DNA from: an uncultured Paenibacillus sp. | GTDB lineage: Bacteria; Bacillota; Bacilli; Paenibacillales; Paenibacillaceae | Direction of reading: 5' to 3' | Length of the DNA: 64,000 nt | NCBI GenBank assembly: GCA_937895345.1 | Contig: CALAWP010000011.1 | Coordinates: 24,982 to 88,981, forward strand | Part shown: positions 59,374-64,000 of the stretch, in pieces | Numbering within the stretch: position 1 is the stretch's first letter | Layout: every line of letters begins with the position of its first letter | Position numbers and translations under genes: made by a program | The notes under the pieces: generated by a model | Databases searched by the model: none | What the model was told of the DNA's origin: nothing | What the model saw: only the letters and a program-made list of their open reading frames with translations

Positions 59374-60231
59374 CTATAACTCCGCCCACAGCCGCTTCAC
59401 GTATTCGAATCCTTGCCGCGTGCCGAATCGGCAATCCTCCAGCCCTTCGAATTCGATGGAAATATAACCGTCGTATCCGCTGCGCTTGACGATGCCCAGC
59501 ACCTTCGGCATATCGATGTCGCCTTGTCCGACGATGGCTCCCCGCAGCCAATTGCCGTGCGATGTCTCGAACCATCCTTCGCCGGGGCGGAGGCCGGCGG
59601 AACGCAGGTAGAAGTCCTTCACATGCACCATCGAAGCGAGACCGATATTGTCCGCGACGGCCGATGCCGGATCCTCGTCGACGCACAGAAAGTTGCCGAC
59701 GTCGAGCGTCGTGCGGAAATTGCTTCTGCCCGCCCCTTCCACGACCGCCTTCACCCGGTCGCTGTGCTGCACGAAAAATCCGTGGTTTTCGATGCTCGTG
59801 ACGATGCCGTAACGATCGGCGTAATCGGCGATCCGGCGGCAAGCTTCCGTCAATCGGGGCAGCTCCGCCAGAAACCGGCCAATGGACAAATCGTCGGACG
59901 AGGCGATATCGTGCCGCATCCGTTTCATGCCCAGCGCGGCGCATACGTCAACTTCGCGCATGACGCGGGCCAGCTCCCGCTCCCAGTCATCGTGCGACAA
60001 TCCGGCAAAATTGGCCCCGATCGCATAATTGGACAGCTCGAGCCCAGCCTCCTCCGCTTTGCGGACAATTTCCTCCGTCAAGGCCGGATTGTCGGCCAGC
60101 GAGTAGCCGATCGGCACAATTTCCGCATGCTCAGCGCCGATGTCCGCGATGAAGTCCAGGATGTCGGGAATCGTCATCTCGCCGGAGGCGAAAGCCTTAT
60201 GCAAGCTGTATGTGCTTACGCCCAGCTTCAT
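59374..60231 (-). CDS. Sugar phosphate isomerase/epimerase (AP endonuclease 2 TIM barrel)
   Basis: SIENHG, TLDVGNF, HVKD, GYISIEFE. Confidence 0.88.
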   Translation of the reverse strand: MKLGVSTYSLHKAFASGEMTIPDILDFIADIGAEHAEIVPIGYSLADNPALTEEIVRKAEEAGLELSNYAIGANFAGLSHDDWERELARVMREVDVCAALGMKRMRHDIASSDDLSIGRFLAELPRLTEACRRIADYADRYGIVTSIENHGFFVQHSDRVKAVVEGAGRSNFRTTLDVGNFLCVDEDPASAVADNIGLASMVHVKDFYLRSAGLRPGEGWFETSHGNWLRGAIVGQGDIDMPKVLGIVKRSGYDGYISIEFEGLEDCRFGTRQGFEYVKRLWAEL

Positions 60232-61286
60232 AACCTGACCTCTTCGCCCTTGGCGGCGGATTCGTAAACGGCGCTTAACATCTTCATCATTTCGACGCCG
60301 TCTTCGACCGGGCTGAGCGGCTGCTTGCCGTCCAGCACGCAGTCGATAAAATGGCCGATCTCGTTCCGGAACGCGCCGTTGAAATCGAATCCGGGATGGT
60401 CCGTCTGCGGCGTTATGTTCACGATCGTATCGTTTTTCTCGGTAACGATAATTGCCTCGGGATCGATTTCCATGCCGCCCTTGTCGCCGAACAGCTTGAC
60501 GGATGTCTCGTCTTTCTTGGCATGCAGCGTGTAACTGACGTCCACGGCCAGCGACGCCCCGTTCTCGAAGCGGATCAGCGCGTTCACCATATCCTCCACC
60601 GTATTCAGACTCGCGTCGTAATCCGCGGCCTTATAAAACGACAAATGTTTGACGTTCGCCCGGTTGCCCAGCTTGTTGTAGGCGTTGGCGCTAACCGATA
60701 CCGGCTTCGGCCGCCCCATCATATACCAGCACAGATCGATCACGTGTACGCCGATATCGATCAGCGGGCCGCCGCCGGAGCGCTCGATATCCGCGAACCA
60801 GCCGCCGGGATTGCCCAGCCTGCGCAGCATGCTTGCTTTCGCGTAATAGATGTCGCCGAATTCGCCGGCATCCGCCAGCGACTTCAGCAGCCGCGCGTTG
60901 GCGTCGTACCGGCGCACGAAGCCGACCTGCAGCAGCTTGCCCGACTCGCGCACCGCGCGCTGCACGTTCAGCGCTTCCTCGACCGTGCGGCTGAGCGGCT
61001 TCTCGACGAGCACATGCTTGCCAGCCTTCAGCGCGGCGATGCTGATCTCGGCATGCGTATTGTTCCAGGTGCAAACGCTGACGGCGTCGACCGCCGGGTC
61101 CGCCAGCAGCTCGCGGTAATCCGTATAAATGCGGGAAGCGCCGTATTGGTCCGCGGCCTTCCGCGCCCGCTCCTCGTTCAGGTCGCATACCGCGTATACG
61201 TCCGCCTGCGGGTTGCTTGCATAAGAATCCAGATGTAAGGAAGAAATGGAGCCTGTGCCGATCACGCCGATTCGTACCGTTCTCAA
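60228..61286 (-). CDS. Gfo/Idh/MocA family oxidoreductase
   Basis: AAGGAGAGG RBS then TTG at 61286; IGTGSI, HVLVEKP, GFVRR, GGGPLIDIGVH. Confidence 0.92.
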   Translation of the reverse strand: MRTVRIGVIGTGSISSLHLDSYASNPQADVYAVCDLNEERARKAADQYGASRIYTDYRELLADPAVDAVSVCTWNNTHAEISIAALKAGKHVLVEKPLSRTVEEALNVQRAVRESGKLLQVGFVRRYDANARLLKSLADAGEFGDIYYAKASMLRRLGNPGGWFADIERSGGGPLIDIGVHVIDLCWYMMGRPKPVSVSANAYNKLGNRANVKHLSFYKAADYDASLNTVEDMVNALIRFENGASLAVDVSYTLHAKKDETSVKLFGDKGGMEIDPEAIIVTEKNDTIVNITPQTDHPGFDFNGAFRNEIGHFIDCVLDGKQPLSPVEDGVEMMKMLSAVYESAAKGEEVRL

Positions 61287-61459
61287 TTGCAGCCTCTCCT
61301 TCGCGCACAAATAATGAATTCGTCTCCCAGCCGGCCGTTCTGCGCAAGTTGCGCTTACGCCGCCTTCACTTCCGTATTATAATGGGTTCATACCGGAACG
61401 CCATGCAAAGCCGTGCGGTTTGTTTGTACAATTGTGCGGCGACAAAGGAGCGCGAGTCT

Positions 61460-62329
61460 ATGCTGGACAAACAAGAGGCGCTGCGGGAACCGATGGACAT
61501 GCCTGACCCGCATTTTCCGATCAAGGTGCATCAAGTCCGTTGCGGCTTAACGGGCAAAGTGCTGTTTCCGCATCATTGGCACGAGCATATTGAGTTCATC
61601 TATATCGTCTCCGGCGAAGCAGCCGTCGAATGCGGCCCCGCACCGATCCACGCCCGGCCCGGCGACCTGATCGTCGCCAACAGCAACGAGCTGCATTACG
61701 GCGCCTGCCTGTCTCCGGATTTGTTTTACTATGCGCTCATTCTCGATCCTTCCTTGCTGCACAGCCATTCGCCGGACGCTGCGGAGACGAAGTTTATCGG
61801 ACCGATCCGGCAGAACCGGCTGCTGTTCCGCAATTTGATCCGGAACGACAAGGCGACGGCCGATTGCCTGCAAGCGATTGTCCGCGAGCTGAACGCGCGG
61901 GAGTTCGGCTACGAGCTGGCCGTCAAGTCCGAGCTGTACCGGATGCTCGCCTTGCTGCTGCGGGGCCATGTCGCTACCGTGCTGTCCCGCGACGAATACG
62001 CCGAACGGCTCAAAAACGTGCAGAGGTTCGAGCCGGTATTCGCTTATATCGACGCGCATTACCGGGACGGGCTGACCGTCGACCAGCTGGCTTCCATCGC
62101 CGGGCTGAGCCGCTACCATTTCAGCCGGCTGTTCAAGGATATTTGCGGCCGCACGATTACGGAGCATATTACTTCCGTCCGGCTGGACAAGGCCGACCAT
62201 CTTCTGCGCACGACGCCGATGACCGTAACCGAAATTGCGTCGGCCTGCGGCTTCAACGATATTTATTATTTCAGCCGCACGTTCAAAAAATATAAGCAAG
62301 TCCCGCCCTCCGCCGTCCGAAACGGCTGA
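61460..62329 (+). CDS. AraC-family regulator with a cupin domain
   Basis: HHWHEHIE, NSNELH, LSRYHFSRLFK, GFNDIYYFSRTFKK. Confidence 0.92.
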   Translation: MLDKQEALREPMDMPDPHFPIKVHQVRCGLTGKVLFPHHWHEHIEFIYIVSGEAAVECGPAPIHARPGDLIVANSNELHYGACLSPDLFYYALILDPSLLHSHSPDAAETKFIGPIRQNRLLFRNLIRNDKATADCLQAIVRELNAREFGYELAVKSELYRMLALLLRGHVATVLSRDEYAERLKNVQRFEPVFAYIDAHYRDGLTVDQLASIAGLSRYHFSRLFKDICGRTITEHITSVRLDKADHLLRTTPMTVTEIASACGFNDIYYFSRTFKKYKQVPPSAVRNG

Positions 62330-62378
62330 CAAGCGGGACTTGCCCGTGCGCTGACGCCGATGCAAGGCGGCAGCGAGT

Positions 62379-63448
62379 TCAACGATTATCTCTTTGCAAC
62401 GTGACGGACACTTTGAACAAATCCCCGTCAATCTCCAAGTCGAGCCGGCCATCGTGCAAATCGACGATCGATTTGGCTATCGCAAGGCCAAGGCCTGAGC
62501 CGTCCGTATGACGGGAAGAATCTCCCCGCTTGAAACGCTCGAACAATTCGTCGATATTTTCGCTTTGCTCGCGATCGGATGCCTCCTGAATAAGTAAAAG
62601 CAGCCTCCGATGGCGGCCGCCGTAACGGCGGCATATACAAGCAAGGCCGTTTGCTTCAGTCGATAATCGTTGTAGCTCTGAAGGACGGGTCCGTTAACCG
62701 GCGCCGACTTCGCCACGCCGATGTGTCCTTCCAGCTCTCTCCCTTCATATCCGAGCAGGCTGCTGTATTGATGAAGGAAATAGGAGGGCGGACCGCTGAC
62801 GGACAACGACCGGTAGTGCTGTATGTGCATCATGTCCTCGCCCTTCAATGCCGTGTCCGATTCGCCTGAACCCGGCGCATTGGCGTAGTATTCACCCGTC
62901 CGGACATCGCGCAAGCGATATTTAAACGTCTCTTTGTACGTCGCAAATTCAGCCCGAATATGCTCCAAATCCCGGTAATAGTCGTCGATTTGCTTTGCCT
63001 TCTCCTCCGCCACCTTCGTTCTCGCATATTCGTCGCTCTTGAACAGGTTGGTCACGTCCTCGATCATCCGATCCCGTTCCGCCATATAAATGTTCGCGAT
63101 CTCTTTATTGTCGGAACTAAGCGCAGCCTCGATCCGGCTTTCGTATTGGCTTTTAATATTCGATACTTGCTCCAGCAAATCTCCGTTCCGGTAGCGGTAG
63201 GCATCGATTTCCTCGGGAGTGACCGGCACATGCTTCTTAACCTCTTCCTTGGGCATAGCGTTCCATTCAAACATGTTCAAATAATGGATAAAGTGCCCCA
63301 GCTGATTCTGGAAATCGTTCGTTTGAAAATAATCCTTTTTGAAATAAGAGGTTCCCATCAAAAAAAACGTCAGGATGCCGTTGATGCCGCAGGTGAGCAA
63401 AAGAGCCCATACGACGAGCAGCCATCTACTTTTCCATCTTGTAGCCAA
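62379..63448 (-). pseudogene. Sensor histidine kinase disrupted by a large internal deletion and frameshift
   Basis: The N-terminal TM-extracellular-TM part is read from TTG at 63448, overlapping the RR stop. From about 62561 a different frame encodes ENIDELFERFKRGDSSRHTDGSGLGLAIAKSIVDLHDG..VSVTLQRDNR* (stop at 62379). H, N and G1 boxes are absent. Confidence 0.88.
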
Positions 63449-64000
63449 TCCCCCATACCACCTTCAAATGTTTTGGATTTTTCGGATCGATTTCGATTTT
63501 TTCACGGATTTTCCGAATATGTACGGCCACCGTATTTTCCGCGTTGAACCCCGGTTCCTTCCATACTCTCTCGTAAATTTCGCTGATCGAAAAAACGCGG
63601 CCCGCATGGAGCATCAACAACTCCACGATTTTATATTCAAGGGGCGTCAGCTTCACGGGTTCGCCGTTAACCGCAACCTCTTTGGCGGACGGGTCCAGCG
63701 TCAATCCGTTCAAATTGACGACCTTCTGCAAGCCGTCGTAGCGGCCCAGCGTGACATACCGGCGAAGCTGCGACTTGATCCGCGCGATAAGCTCAAGCGG
63801 ATTAAACGGCTTCGTGACATAATCGTCGGCTCCCGATTGAAGCCCCCACACTTTATCCGTATCTTCGCTTTTTGCGCTCAGCATAATGATGGGAATGTTT
63901 TTTTTCTCTCTAATTTTGAAGGTGGTCGTTATCCCGTCCTGCCTCGGCATCATAATATCCAATATAATAAGGTGAATGTCCTGCCCGTTAAGCGCTTCGA
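63426..64000 (-). CDS. OmpR-family response regulator; the 5' end lies beyond the window
   Basis: IILDIMMP, GADDYVTKPFNP, wHTH NTVAVHIRKIREKIE..VWGIGYK. Confidence 0.95.
   Translation of the reverse strand, partial: EALNGQDIHLIILDIMMPRQDGITTTFKIREKKNIPIIMLSAKSEDTDKVWGLQSGADDYVTKPFNPLELIARIKSQLRRYVTLGRYDGLQKVVNLNGLTLDPSAKEVAVNGEPVKLTPLEYKIVELLMLHAGRVFSISEIYERVWKEPGFNAENTVAVHIRKIREKIEIDPKNPKHLKVVWGIGYKMEK

Overview
64 kb of a high-GC Paenibacillaceae-like (Bacillota) chromosome. The assignment is inferred from the SLH proteins, the XylR operator, cre sites and the Bacillus-type gene families. Most of the window is carbohydrate metabolism, transport and regulation: xylR-xylAB; a beta-mannan locus (GH113, cellobiose 2-epimerase, GH130 phosphorylase, ABC importer, LacI, split YesMN-type two-component system); GH42 beta-galactosidase; ABC exporters; arsR-czcD; ppaC. 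No rRNA, tRNA, CRISPR array, prophage or transposase was seen. The non-housekeeping signal falls in five places. (1) A lower-GC Vsr/DUF559-like nuclease-wHTH gene sits immediately next to a 20-copy 51-bp tandem array, and three further repeat arrays lie within about 2.5 kb of it. (2) An SLH-SLH-1894 aa secreted-protein operon contains an AT-rich internal block. (3) A 199-bp TA-flanked MITE-like element is present together with a deleted copy 11 kb away. (4) A repeat-rich 1-kb intergenic region at about 52 kb is bracketed by inverted repeats. (5) A sensor kinase is destroyed by a large internal deletion near the window end. All family assignments come from motif recognition, not database searches. 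Several start codons were moved from the ORF track to the RBS-supported position.
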